Positions 48,152-61,012 of a stretch of DNA of 64,000 nt are shown in pieces (the stretch's first letter is position 1; the number at the start of each line of letters is the position of its first letter). A model generated the notes under the pieces. That model ran no database searches. It saw only the letters and a program-made list of their open reading frames with translations, and was not told the origin of the DNA. Position numbers and translations under genes: made by a program. The DNA comes from Nemertoderma westbladi (lineage: Eukaryota; Animalia; Xenacoelomorpha): the NCBI GenBank assembly GCA_032718475.1, contig JAUCBJ010006989.1:1-64000 (forward strand), in the 5' to 3' direction.

Positions 48152-50513
48152 GACTGCGATCAGGTATAATTAAAGCGTCGATATTCAGCAAATAATATTT
48201 AATTAATTAATATTAAGAAAAAAATCGTAATAAATTCACTTTGTTTAATTTAAAAATACCACATTTTACAAATGTAGAAATCTTATAATTATAATAGTTC
48301 GTACGTGTTCGACCTATATAATAATGTTGAACTATTTATTAGACATAATAAATATATTCTCTGAACTGTCTTGTGTATTGATTGAAACCATAGCTGATTT
48401 ACAAAGTGTGCCAAATGAGTTACCAATCTGGGTTTGGTACTCAATTGTTTTGCTACATACTTAAACCCGCCTGCCAACTAACTAATATAATTTGTTATAT
48501 TAATATAAAGAACAGCAATATATTTGAATATTATTGATTCCCAAAAAGTGATTAGTAATAATAAAATAAAATAATACGCATTGGTTGCCCCATTAATTCT
48601 TCCATCGGTCGCTATAGTAACCAATATTGCAGCAGCAGCGTGCTACATTCATACAAACATGTACCTCAGTAAATATCAACGCCCCTACAATATAGAGCAC
48701 GCTGTGACGTCATGATTATTATCTAATATTGGTATATATCCTAGCAACTACACAGCAATAAGTAACTTAAAAAATAAAATACTACAGTATCTTTCAAAAA
48801 AGGTAATACACGCAAATCTTGATGTTGCTTGTAAGTCTGTATTCGAATCGATATACTTTTAGCATTTAGGACCTAATTATTGTTAACCCTCTTTTTTCTT
48901 TATCAGTAAAAGCCGTACCGGTAACAAGATTCATTGTTGCATTCTAAATATAGCAATCAGCCCTATGTGTAGAAGTTGTTTGTTTCCGTACCGGTAAAGT
49001 ACCTATCTATATATGGTGCCCTAACTTCACCATTTGTTACGAGATTCCGTTAACTGTTTATCTGTTTATTGAGATTATTATTATATTATTATGTATTAAC
49101 AACCTAATTTCTCTTCAACGAAATCTCCGTTAACATCTTGGCTTTACAGCTTTAGTCAATTCAGCAATACGTCGACATTCAGATTAGGGAACCTCCGGTT
49201 TATGCCCGGTTATGCATACAGTAACAAATGGTAGTACTGAGTGTTGACTCAGATAGATATCGAACGAAAACGCAACAGTCTCCAGATTCCAACACAGAAA
49301 TCAGAATGAATGGTCTGTTGTACTCAGCTGCTGAATACGTGTCTACTATCTGACCATCCTGCCATCTACCGGCACCGGTTCGCCAATGTCAAAGTAGCCT
49401 ACTCCATACTCAACGATTCTCAACGGTCTGATGGTTTCAAACTCGCAATTTCTACACAGCAAGAGAGGACGAAAAAACACACGCTAAGTATAATCTACCG
49501 ACTACCGGTTTATATAATTGTTGGGCAATTCAGCAATTTACTTGTTATAGTGTAGCCTACCGTAGTCTTTAGTTTATTTTTTCGTTAGTTTTTTTTGTTT
49601 CTCACTCACCCCGTTTAGCTTTACCTTCTCTTTCTTTGTTGGTGGTCTCTGTCATCACGAATCGGTCTTGGGGGCCGAAGACTTGATAGAGCCAGGACTC
49701 TCTATTGAACCATACAGATGTACAGGTTTGCAATAAGATAATATAGCCACGCAACGTTAGAGGGTTAGTAGGTACCGCTACGACCACCCTAGTTTTCCAA
49801 GTGATAAACTAGGTCAATTGCCTGATTGTATTAGGCCTACTTTTTATGACCGAGGTCGGGTTCGAACCTCATACCTATATAACTTTTAATTTTTTGGGTT
49901 TAAACATTTACTTGCTTAATTCTTTATACCGTATATGCCTTAGGTTGACTCTACTTTTTTGTAAAGGCACCATCGAAGCTATATACTGACAGTAGGTACT
50001 GATATGTGATATATATATGAGTAATTTTTTGAAGCTATTTATTGATTATTTTTCGATTTGTTTTTTTTTTGTTTTTGTCTTACATTTTTCACTTAATGTG
50101 ACAGATATAGCCAAATCTCGATTGGTTTGGTTTGACGTTACAAAATTGTGTCGTCTTGCAATATTTTATATTTAATACCGGTATATAGCATTATATGTAT
50201 ACCTGAATACCGGTATATATCCTTACTGGTACCGGTACTTGACTTAATACTGTAATATATATACCAATATTTTTACTTTTTGTAATACCGGTACTTTAAT
50301 TAATAATTCTGAATGGCAGGATTATTTTGATGGACTTATAATACTTATATGTAGTATTATATTACTGAGTTAGAGTTATTTTTATTTCCAAATTACAGGC
50401 TGCCAATTGCAGGGTTAAGTAAAGGGAAAATAATAAAGTGCGATTAAAAATTTATTAATATCAAAAAAAAAATACGATAAGATACCGTACATTAAAGTGA
50501 GACTAAATTAGTC

Positions 50514-53500
50514 ATGTCTTTGCCCCATGCGTCTGTAGTTCGGACACCCACCGGCTCAGTTACTTTATCACCTACAACTGGGCCCCGAATTATAGCGACT
50601 CCGACCTCATTGAATGATGTGGAGGCCTCGGAGATAACAATTGTTGGCGACCAGCCGACGTTATTACCAAATGAAATTAATCCCCCTAGCCGTGTGTGTA
50701 TCAGAGGGACAGCAGTAGAGGATACAGTGAGTTTTGATCCACCACCACCAAGTGGCGAAGTTAATAAATTTACTGTTAGACCTCGTTCTTCCAGAACAGC
50801 ATCCACCACAACCATGAATTCTATCGACATTGCTGCTATAAACCGTGGGTTAGGACAACTATACCGACATATGGATATTGGCATGTTGGAACTGGAAAAT
50901 CAAACCCAACAATCAGGTGAACACACGCCAGATATTAGCCGAAAAATGGACAAACTAGAAGGTAGGTGGAATAATATTCTAGAATTGTATCAGAAACAGT
51001 GTTATTATTTCGAAAATATAGGAGGTAGTGTCGACGAACATCAGCAAGCTCGCAATAAATATGTAAGTTTAAGTGATCGGTATAAATTGCTAGTAAACAG
51101 GACGTCCATTTGTGAAGGAACCTCAATACAAGAGGCATCTTCGGTAAGTTCAAGGTTACAATCAGTTACCTATACACCAGTCACTTCGCTAACATGGGAC
51201 AAGTATCCCATGACATTTTCATCCATTCCCAGGCCAAATATAGATCGTACTGTACTTCATACTGACAATGACATACTTAATGTCCTTTCTCCACATCGAC
51301 TTAATGGTAGACCTAGACCCCATTCTACTGTAGAATATATCCCTGATATGGAAAATCGCTCTAGGCAAGGGAGTGTAGGAGGACAGTCTTCACAGCCCTC
51401 TGTTGTATCAAATTCTAGTTCCACTAGGTCATCTAGGATGAGGAGGATTGTTGATGGAAAAGCAGCCATCCTTGCCAAGCGGCAGGCTGCAGAAGCATTA
51501 CGGCTTTCTCAGCAGATGGAACGGGAAAGGGTTCATGTCGAAAATGAGTTACTAATTGCTCAGGAGAATACACGCATTGAGGATGCTGAGCGGAAGGCCA
51601 AACGTTTTGCAGAAGATGTAAAACGTGCTGCAGAAGAAGATGCAATTCGAGCTAAGGAAGAAGCGGAGCGCATCCAGCAGGAAGCAAGACAACGGATTCA
51701 GGAAAGCAAAAAAAAGAATGAAATCTATAGTCGCATCCGCCAATTTGATGACCTCAGGGATCTGCAGCAAGCACAACATCAGCTTCAAGCAGAGGAGTAT
51801 AGACAACAATTGGATATAGCAGAGTTGACTGCGATTGAAAGAGATACATCAGTAGACCTAGAAGCTCTAGCAATTCCATCAGTCCAATCCACTCCATTTT
51901 TAGATGAACTGGTACCTAACAAAATTGTTGGTGACCCTGACCACCCCATACAGGCATCCAACCCAGCTACCGGAATTGGACTAAGCAATACCAACTTAAC
52001 TGTGAATCACCCTATTGCTGTGGTAGATCATCCTACTGTAGTCAGTCCTATAGCTGCCAATGTAACCCCTTCTCGCTCAGAGCAATTGAGTAAACAAAAA
52101 CTCAAATTTGATCAAATACACAAACATATGGCCACTGATAGTGAAGAGGATTCCCCATCTGATTTACCACCTAACCATATTAAACCTCAAAAAACGATGA
52201 TTTTCCACAGAGTAGTAGGGAAAAACAAGGTTTCCATGCCATCCATACCTGAGGACCACCCTGTGACTCAGCAGCAGTTGAGTGAAGTATTAAACGGTGT
52301 AAAAAACTCAATAACTGAATTGTCTCGACATATGCCGACTCCTTTGTTTCCTAATAAGGACAGTAGTCTACATCGGATGAACTCAGAGACCCACCTAAGG
52401 GAACAAATATATTCCCAAAATCTGCCCAAGCCCACCAAACCTAACAGGTCAACTAAAAGTTTTTCAATCCCACAGACTCCCTTACCAAATCGATCATGTG
52501 TAGCTAGTGCCTATGGACCTTCACATTATCCACATGTGCGTAATGCATGTGATCAAGGAAAGGAATCGAATCCTAGATTACTTTCATCTCCTATAGTTAT
52601 AGAAAAATTTCATGTACCAAGGGGACCTTGTGATAGTGCATTTTATGCCAGACCTCGTAGTACGCGCCAATGGGCTGAGACTCAAACAGTAAACTCACTA
52701 GTTAATGGGCAATATGAAGGGGACCATGGTCGTGAGTGGAGTAGGGACTCAGTTGGGGGGCAAACACCATACCGAGCAGGTGAGTATGATAGGCAACCCC
52801 ATAATCAACATGGTTACAGAGATCGAGGAGATCTAGACAGGGACTCTAGCCCACATAAACCTTCTGATGATGGTGACTCGTGTGACAGTGATGGTCACCA
52901 GAGTGACAACAAACCATATGTTTCTTCTAAATCTCGAAAAGGTCATCGTGGCCATCCCCAACCCCAACTAGGGACACCTTGTCACCATCCAACTTCTACC
53001 CAGCAGCATGCCCTGTTCGAAAAGTTAGCACTATCCTTGGAGGCTCCTAAACTGGACCCAACTCCCTTCACTGGAGATCCCAAGAAATTCTTAGGTTTTA
53101 AAAACCGTTTCATAACCCAAGTAGATGCTAAGGAAGTCCCTGATGATGTTAAATTACGTTACTTGATTACTTATGTACGGGGAGAACCATTAGACATGAT
53201 AGAACACTATGAGGGCATGGTTGATGGTTATGCACAAGCCTGGAGCACTTTAGAGAGACTGTATGGACAGCCGGCGAAGGTGATGAAAGCCGTAGTAGCT
53301 GATGTTACTCGTTGTAGGTATCCTGTGGCATCTCCCAAGGAGTTATTAAAATACTCACATGATGTTCGGCGGACAATGGATATACTTCAAAGCCTGAACT
53401 GTTATGCTTATGTCAATAACCCTGACTTCATTCAGCAGATCGCTTCAAACCTTTCGAATGTTATCAGGAACCGCTGGGCAACTCAAGTACATGAATATCG

Positions 53501-56500
53501 AATGCGAAATGGTACTGACCCAGGTATGCCTGAACTTGTAGTTTTCCTTGACAGGGAAACCAGTATTGCAACCTGCCCTCTTTATGGGCCGCAAGCTGCT
53601 AGTGATATCTTGAAGTGCAAGATGGGAGACCGTTTTAAGGGTTTTTTTCCACGGCCATCTCCTGAATCGACTTCAACAAGCACTATGGAAAACTTCCATA
53701 TCCATGACTCACCATCTGCCGATATCAATGTTACGGAACCTCCTTTAGGTGATGACAATTATAAAGGTGAGCAAGACTCTGAGTTAGATGTGAATGCAAT
53801 GGCAGCTGATTGTTTGCCTTGTCTATGTTGTAATGATAAACATCCACTGACCCAGTGCACACGTTTTCAGGGTTATGGTTCTGATGCTTGTTATGACTTT
53901 GTTATAGAACATAAATTGTGCACACTGTGTCTTAGGAAAGGTCACTGGAGGCGAAAGTGTCGCTCAAAATATAGGTGTAATTTAAACGGTTGTGGAAAAC
54001 GCCATGCTAGAGTGTTACATCCAGAGCCCGGTAAAACAGAAGAAGAAACAGATGATCTGATCCGCAATTATTATGCTCTTCAGCGTGACAGCCAATCAGA
54101 AACTTCAGTAAAGTTTAGTAAATTTATGGCTCCGATAAACAAGCCCGATTATAAGCTGTACAAGCAGGTCGCCGCCATGGCATCAAACCATAATGTTCTG
54201 ACCGAGGCCAAAGTTGTGTTTTTGCGTGTTGTTCCACTTGAAGTAAGTAGTCACACTACAGGGCGGAAACTCACTACCTTCGCTTTATTAGATGAAGGGT
54301 CAACAGGGACCTTCATAGACAAGGTAGTTGGACATTACTTAGGCATTGAGACACAATATGTTGATGTTTCGTTGAACACTATACTCACCCAGGGTGATGA
54401 TAAGACAATAGAACAAGGAAGTTGCATAGTAAGATCTATAATGAAGGAAGGAAAAATCAATCTTGATCTCCATCATGTAATGCTTATGTCTGATTTTCAT
54501 CTAAACTATGCTAGACCACAAAAATGGTCCATCGACGACCTTCCTTACTTAAAAAATATCAATCTCAAATACCCAGATGTGGACATTGACCGTATATCGA
54601 TGCTGATAGGAATAAATAATCCACAGGCACACAAAATCATTAGATCTGTCTGGGGACCTACACCCTATGATGAAGCGAACAACCCACATGCCATTAAAAC
54701 ACCATTTGGTTGGACTTTAGTTGGGCCACTCATCAATGGGTTACCAAAAATACTTGTGACATCAGAAGATGACAAAAACGATCATATAATGGAACAACAG
54801 CAACCAGATGTTGAATTTCATACTTGCACCGCAATACAAAGTTCATCTTACGATTTTGTCGAGCAGATGGAAGGTGCTCCTCAACCTTGTATATGGAATC
54901 TTAGTAAGGATACTGATGATGCTAAGTACCAATTTATAGATGACTCTCAAACCCATCTATATGCAGACAGGGGACTGGATAATGTTCCTACGTCCAACAC
55001 CATTTGTATAAATCACGTTGAGTGCTGTCCATGGAAAAGAGATAATTGTCCAGATGACATAGTTACACATAATGATTTGAAACGGTTTTGGGACTCTGAA
55101 GCCTATTCTTGCCCAACTGGAATAGCCACAAAGTCAGTGCAAGACCGTAAGTGTGAAAAAATTCTCCAAAACACGACAAAGCTAATTAATGGCCACTACT
55201 ATGTAGGAATGTTATGGATTGACCGTGATAAACCTCTAATTAATAACAAATCCTTGGCAATTTCTCGACTTAGGTGGATTAAACGGAAGCTCTTAAAAAT
55301 GCCTGCAGCTCACCAACAGTATCAGTCTATTTTTGATGACTATGAAGCTAAAGGTTATGCCAAAAAATTATCATTGGAAGAAAAAATGGCATTGAATGGT
55401 CCCAGGACTTATTATGTCCCAACCCATCCGGTATGGAACCCTAACAAACCTGGAAAACTCCGTGTGGTTAACAATGCTGCTTTAGAGTACAAAGGGATGA
55501 GCCTGAACTCCAATTTGATGGAAGGGCCAAACTTCTATAACTCCATCATTGATGTTCTCCTCAATTTCCGATTACATCGTGTAGTATTTGCCTGTGATGT
55601 TGATGCAATGTTCCACCAGGTGCGGACATATGACTATGACTCACAATCGCAGAATATCATATGGTGGGAGGGTGACACTGAACCTGACAGCATGGTTGAC
55701 TACACTGTGTATCAAATGCAGGTAGCTATATTCGGAGCTACAGACTCCCCATGTCGAGCAACCCATGGAATGAGAACAACAGCAGACGACAACCGAGATA
55801 AGTTCCCCCCTGAAGTTATTACAGCCATCAAAGAACATTTCTATGTAGATGACGGACTTTCGGGAGCGGAGACAGTAGAACAAGCTGTGAAACTTGCACT
55901 GGGCGTTATCGATTGCCTTAGCCTGGGGGGTTTTAACCTTGCTAAATTTATATCAAATTCGAAGGACTTTCTTGAGTTCATTCCCCTTGAACGACGAGCT
56001 CAAGTGGATCTAGACCTGGCATTTGATGAACTTCCTGTTGCAAGAGCACTGGGGATAACGTGGTCACCTGAGACTGACACGTTTACATTTAAACCAATCA
56101 CAAAACGACACTCTCCTACCAAACGTGGGTGTTTAGCTACAGTAGCTTCCATCTACGACCCTTTGGGACTAGTTGCCCCTGTTGTACTACGAGGTAAGCA
56201 GTTCCTACAGAGATTGTGGGGACTTAACTTAGGATGGGACGAGATCCTAGACAAGGAGTTACTCGAAGATTGGAACTTGTGGTACCACCAACTCCAACTC
56301 TTGTCTCACCTCCACATTCAACGCCACTATTTTTTTGACCACCTTTCTAACCCGGATGATACATTGCAACTACATCATTTTTGTGATGCAAGTTTAATAG
56401 GATATGGCTGTATTTCATATATTCGAAAGATATCATCTCTTGGACTTATCACATGTTCCTTGATTTATGCAAAGACCAGGACAGCCCCTTTGAAACAAGT

Positions 56501-58571
56501 TCCAATTCCCAAATTGGAGTTACAAGCTGCAGTATTATTAACCCAGAGTCACAGACAGATTATCTCTAGCATTGGCCCACAGATACAATCATCAAATGTT
56601 GTATGTTGGTCAGACTCAAAGGCAGTTTTATTTCAGCTGGCCAATGAGGCAAGACGGTTTGAAACATATGTCGCCAACCGAGTAGAGGAAATACGCCGCC
56701 ATACCACACCTCAGCAATGGCGCCATATTCCTGGACATAAGAACCCCGCTGATATTGCTAGTCGCGGCTCCAACCCTTCTGACTTTGTACAGACCTATCA
56801 GAATCCTTGGTTCAATGGACCACTATTTCTTGGACAACCTGAAACACGATGGGAAGAAACATTACAGATTAAGAATCCCATGGAACATGCTGATCCACCA
56901 GCTAACGCAGGTTTGAAGGCTAACAAGCCTAAAAAACTCACGAAGTCTAAGGTTATTGCCGCCACATATATTACCGAACCAAATAAAGCAATACACAATC
57001 TACTCCATCGTTTTAGTTCATTTGATTTATTAAAGCGTGTCATTGCTAGATTCCTTGTAAAAATAGAACATATACGTCGTAGAAGTTGTGAAATACGGGA
57101 ACTTATAGATGACAAACAGCTGTTTTATAAGTGCTGGATCCTAGCTGAAGCCAAAGCTCTAATTCTTTTACAATCTATGACATTTCGTGATGTTATTGAC
57201 TCTGTCGTTGCCAAGCGACAGCACTCACTCCCCCGAGCCTTTGCTATACTGAACCCCATTGTAGGAACAGATGGTTTATTACGCATGGGATCCAGACTCG
57301 GTCTTTTGCAGACATCCTCTTATGACATGACGCATCCTATCATCTTACCAACCTCACATCACTTGACAACCGTAATAATAAGAGATGTGCACATCAATCA
57401 TGGACACATGGGTGTGGACTATACGATTAACAAGCTTAGACAGAAATACTGGGTGCCTGCCCTTAGAAGGTTAGTGAAAACAATTATTAAACATTGCATT
57501 CCGTGTAGAAAACGTTATGCCAAACCAGGACAACAGATGATGGCTCCTATTCCTATCGTGAGAACAATTGGCTACCTTCCACCATTTACCAATCTTGGTG
57601 TAGACCTATTCGGTCCCTTATACGTAACCAGGGGACGCGGATCCGACAAACGTTTTGGTGTACTTCTCACATGCATGAGTTCTAGAGCTGTGGTGTTAGA
57701 TTTATCACTTAACTACAGTGCAGACGCACTGCTGTGTGTGCTACGGCGTTTTATTTGTAACCACGCGGGAGTAGAGAACATTTACTCTGATCAAGGGAGT
57801 CATTTCGGTGGTAGTGAAACTGAGTTGGATAGACTCGCTATAGAAGCCCAGGAAGCTGGAATACCTCACGATATCATTGGAAAGATCACATGGTTCTTCC
57901 AAACCCCTACGGCCAGTCATCATGGGGGCGTATGGGAAAGGTTAATTAAAACTACGAAAAATACCTTTCGTGCACTTATGGAAGAACGGCACTCCCAACA
58001 CAAACTAGTTTCTGAGGAAGTATTGCGAACCACCATGGCTGAAGTTCAATACCTTATCAACAACAGGCCTCTCTGTTCCCTAAATGATGACGTGACGTCA
58101 AACGAGGTATTGACCCCCAATCATCTCCTACTACGAAGGAAAACAACAGTACCGTCTTCAAATGAATTATTACACGAACTCTATGACGGACACGAACTGC
58201 ATTACAAGAAAATGTGGAGGAAGTCCCAATATCTAGCTAGCCAATACTGGCGTATATGGCGTGAAACCTATATACAAAATCTCATGACGCGACAGAAGTG
58301 GCTCAAACCACACCGTAACTTCAAAGTAGGAGACATAGTCTTAGTGATTAACCCCGACACAAAACGCCACAATTGGCAGGTAGGACGTGTTACTGAGGTC
58401 TTACCGAGTGCAGACGGACTAATTCGCACTGTGCACGTGAGAACAAAGACATCCGTGTTATGCCGCCCTATACAAAAAATATGTTTATTGGAAATGGCAT
58501 TAGATGACTCTATGAAAAACATACCAGTAAATGACGACTCCCCTCACACTAAAAATTTGACTGGGGACTAA
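50514..58571 (+). mobile_element. BEL/Pao LTR retrotransposon gag-pol polyprotein, uninterrupted 2685-aa ORF
   Basis: FTGDP..F gag (DUF1759-like), three Cys/His knuckles, protease LLDEGS, KTPFGW, KLRVV, RT YVDD, HHFCDAS...YAKT...IPKLEL (RNase H), HH-CC zinc finger, integrase VDLFGP / SDQG / WERL, and a KVGDIVL...GRV...DG.IRTV C-terminus. LTRs not identified. Confidence 0.96.
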
Positions 58572-58574
58572 TAA

Positions 58575-60930
58575 TATTACAAATTAGTAAATATGAAAGT
58601 CTGAGTTTGAAAGTTTGAGTGTTTGGCAAACAGCGACAGTGGCCTCTTTAACTTCTTTTTGAGATTCTTTGGAATGAGGGGGACCCACGCAACCGCACAG
58701 TACATATATTGTGGTACAATGTAAGTTTCAAAGAGAAATATTTTTGTATCTTTATTTGCAAACCGGATGAAAAAACTGAATTGGCGAACTATGTGATTTA
58801 CCCTTTTTATAAGTTTAAATATATGAGTTTTCCATGATAGATTATTTGCAATCCATATTCCAAGATGTTTCACTTCGGACGGACGCGGAACCTCGTCACC
58901 ATCTATGTAGATTATATTTCTTCTGCGATATCTAGAACTTTCTGTTCTTTAAAGTTCATTGGAATGAAACATAGTTCTTCAGATTTCTTTGCGTTTATCT
59001 TTAAGTTTTTTCCATATGATAGCTCAACAATTCGCTGTATGTTAGACTTATATTTGTCATTTTCTGCGGAATGCCTTATCGCCTGTAGATTTCTTGAGTC
59101 ATCAGAATATTTTGCTAGGGATCCATCGTCAGCTCGAATTTCATCAGTGTCTTTGGTAAACAAAGGTCCACTAAGAGGACCCCCTTGGGGAAAACCAACT
59201 TTCAGTGAAATAGAGGAAGATATGTTTTTTCCAGATTTAACCGATTGAGAGAAACCACTCATGTATGAGTGAAGCCAGCTGGCCAACCAACGCATCTCTA
59301 TTGGTAATTCGTCTAAAAGTCTGTTTAAAAACTTGTTTTGTAACACTGTGTTAAAAGCAGATGAGTAGTCTATGAATAAACATTTTACAATTGTGTGTAT
59401 TTCATCTAACGCTTTTGTAATCTGATGAAGGAGGTATAAGATCGCATCAGCTGTAGAATAACCTTTTTTGTATGCAAATTGAAAAATATCATCAGTGGAT
59501 TTACTTGCATTACGAAATATATCTAGAGCCAATCTGTCTAAACACCTAGAACTCAAAGGAGTAACACATACTGGTCTGAAGCTGGTTTTTTCAGAAAATG
59601 ATGAATCACATCTTTTAGGTAAGGCAGATGTCAAAGACGAATTCCAACATTGCGGGTATTTTTGTTGATGGAAACTATCTCTGAATAGTGAAGCATAAGG
59701 TATAGAAAGTTCTTTTGCAAAGGTTTTATAGCAAATTGCAGAAACAATGCTACTACCTTGGGCTGTATTCGGTTTCAATTTACGTATTAATTTCTCAACC
59801 ACAATCGGATCAACATGAATATCATTATCATAGGTGGTACCATTATATATAGGCTCATCCTTATTCACATCCTCGTTAAATCTAGTGAAGAAATTATTAA
59901 GACTCTCGACTTCATTTTCATCAAATTTATGAACTTGGTGTTTTTTCCTTATACAGGTATCAGATAGTTTGTACAGTTGAGTTTTTGGCATATTGGTGAA
60001 TTCCATTTGCCGTTTATCAAAGATCAGTTTGTTGATTTTTCTCTGGCACTCATTTCTCTTAACATTATCCTTACATGCTATAGCTTTCTTTTTCTCAGCT
60101 AGAATGCCTTTAACACCAGGAATAGGTTGACGTATGTGAAAATTATGTACTTTCATCTTAGTTAGAGGTAAGTGTTGATCAAAGATATACTTTATATAGC
60201 TCTCTGTAGCTTCCACACTTTTATCTAGACTAGTGGTGTCTTGGAAAACATTCCAATTTGTTTCATCAAAAATTTGTTTTACTTCAGCAATTTTTTCCTC
60301 GCTGAAAACACGAGCCTTTTTGTAGCTAGGTTTAGGTTTATATGCATTGCTGCAGTCCTGCAGTCAATTTTTGGTTGAAGAAAGATAGACTTATGATCAT
60401 CCACTCTACCAATAGGAGCTGATGTGGAGCAATGATATGGGTAGGCATCAGTGACATAGGCCACATCTAATTGTGATTCTGAACGAATAAATGTAAACTC
60501 ATTGACCATATTCACTAGATTAAGAGAGTCTAAGTAATTCACTTTTGGTTGGTTTACATCACCGATAATAATCAAGTATCCTTTTGGTTTGGATACCATG
60601 ATGGTGTTCATCACTTTACGTAGCTCCTTTCTTGCTATTGGTCTTTTTGCATTTGGTCGTATGTAGATATTGACAATAATAATGGAGTTGTATTTCGATG
60701 GAAGGTATCTTGGACGACAGACCAGAGCTAAGGCTTCACAATCAGGCTTGGAGACAGCAACAATTATGCTAGGTTTTGTATTACACCACATTTTGCTTAC
60801 ATAAGTGATTAGACCTCCACCCCCATTTTCCTTGAAGTTAGCAATGTCTCTATCAAGCCGAAAAAGATAAAAATCATCAATTGTAATGCTCCCATCAGAG
60901 ACATCAGCTTTTAGTTTTGACTCTTGAATC
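58575..60930 (-). mobile_element. Rex1/Babar-like (CR1 group) LINE fragment, APE + RT, frameshifted, truncated at both ends
   Basis: GGGLITYV...W, CRPRYLP, IYIRPNA, GDVN, LD, DH (APE); FRPV, QFAY, FIDYSSAFNTV, GFPQG, KYSDD, KHLGIW. Confidence 0.85.
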
Positions 60931-61012
60931 GGAACTTGAATGACTAGCTATATGTTCTAGAACATTATATTTTTTATTTTATTTATGTTCTAGAATAGTG
61001 TATATTAATTAT

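Noticed and set aside
50492-59248. Short antisense/overlapping ORFs within the BEL and LINE regions
   Set aside because: Shadow frames of the long coding sequences.
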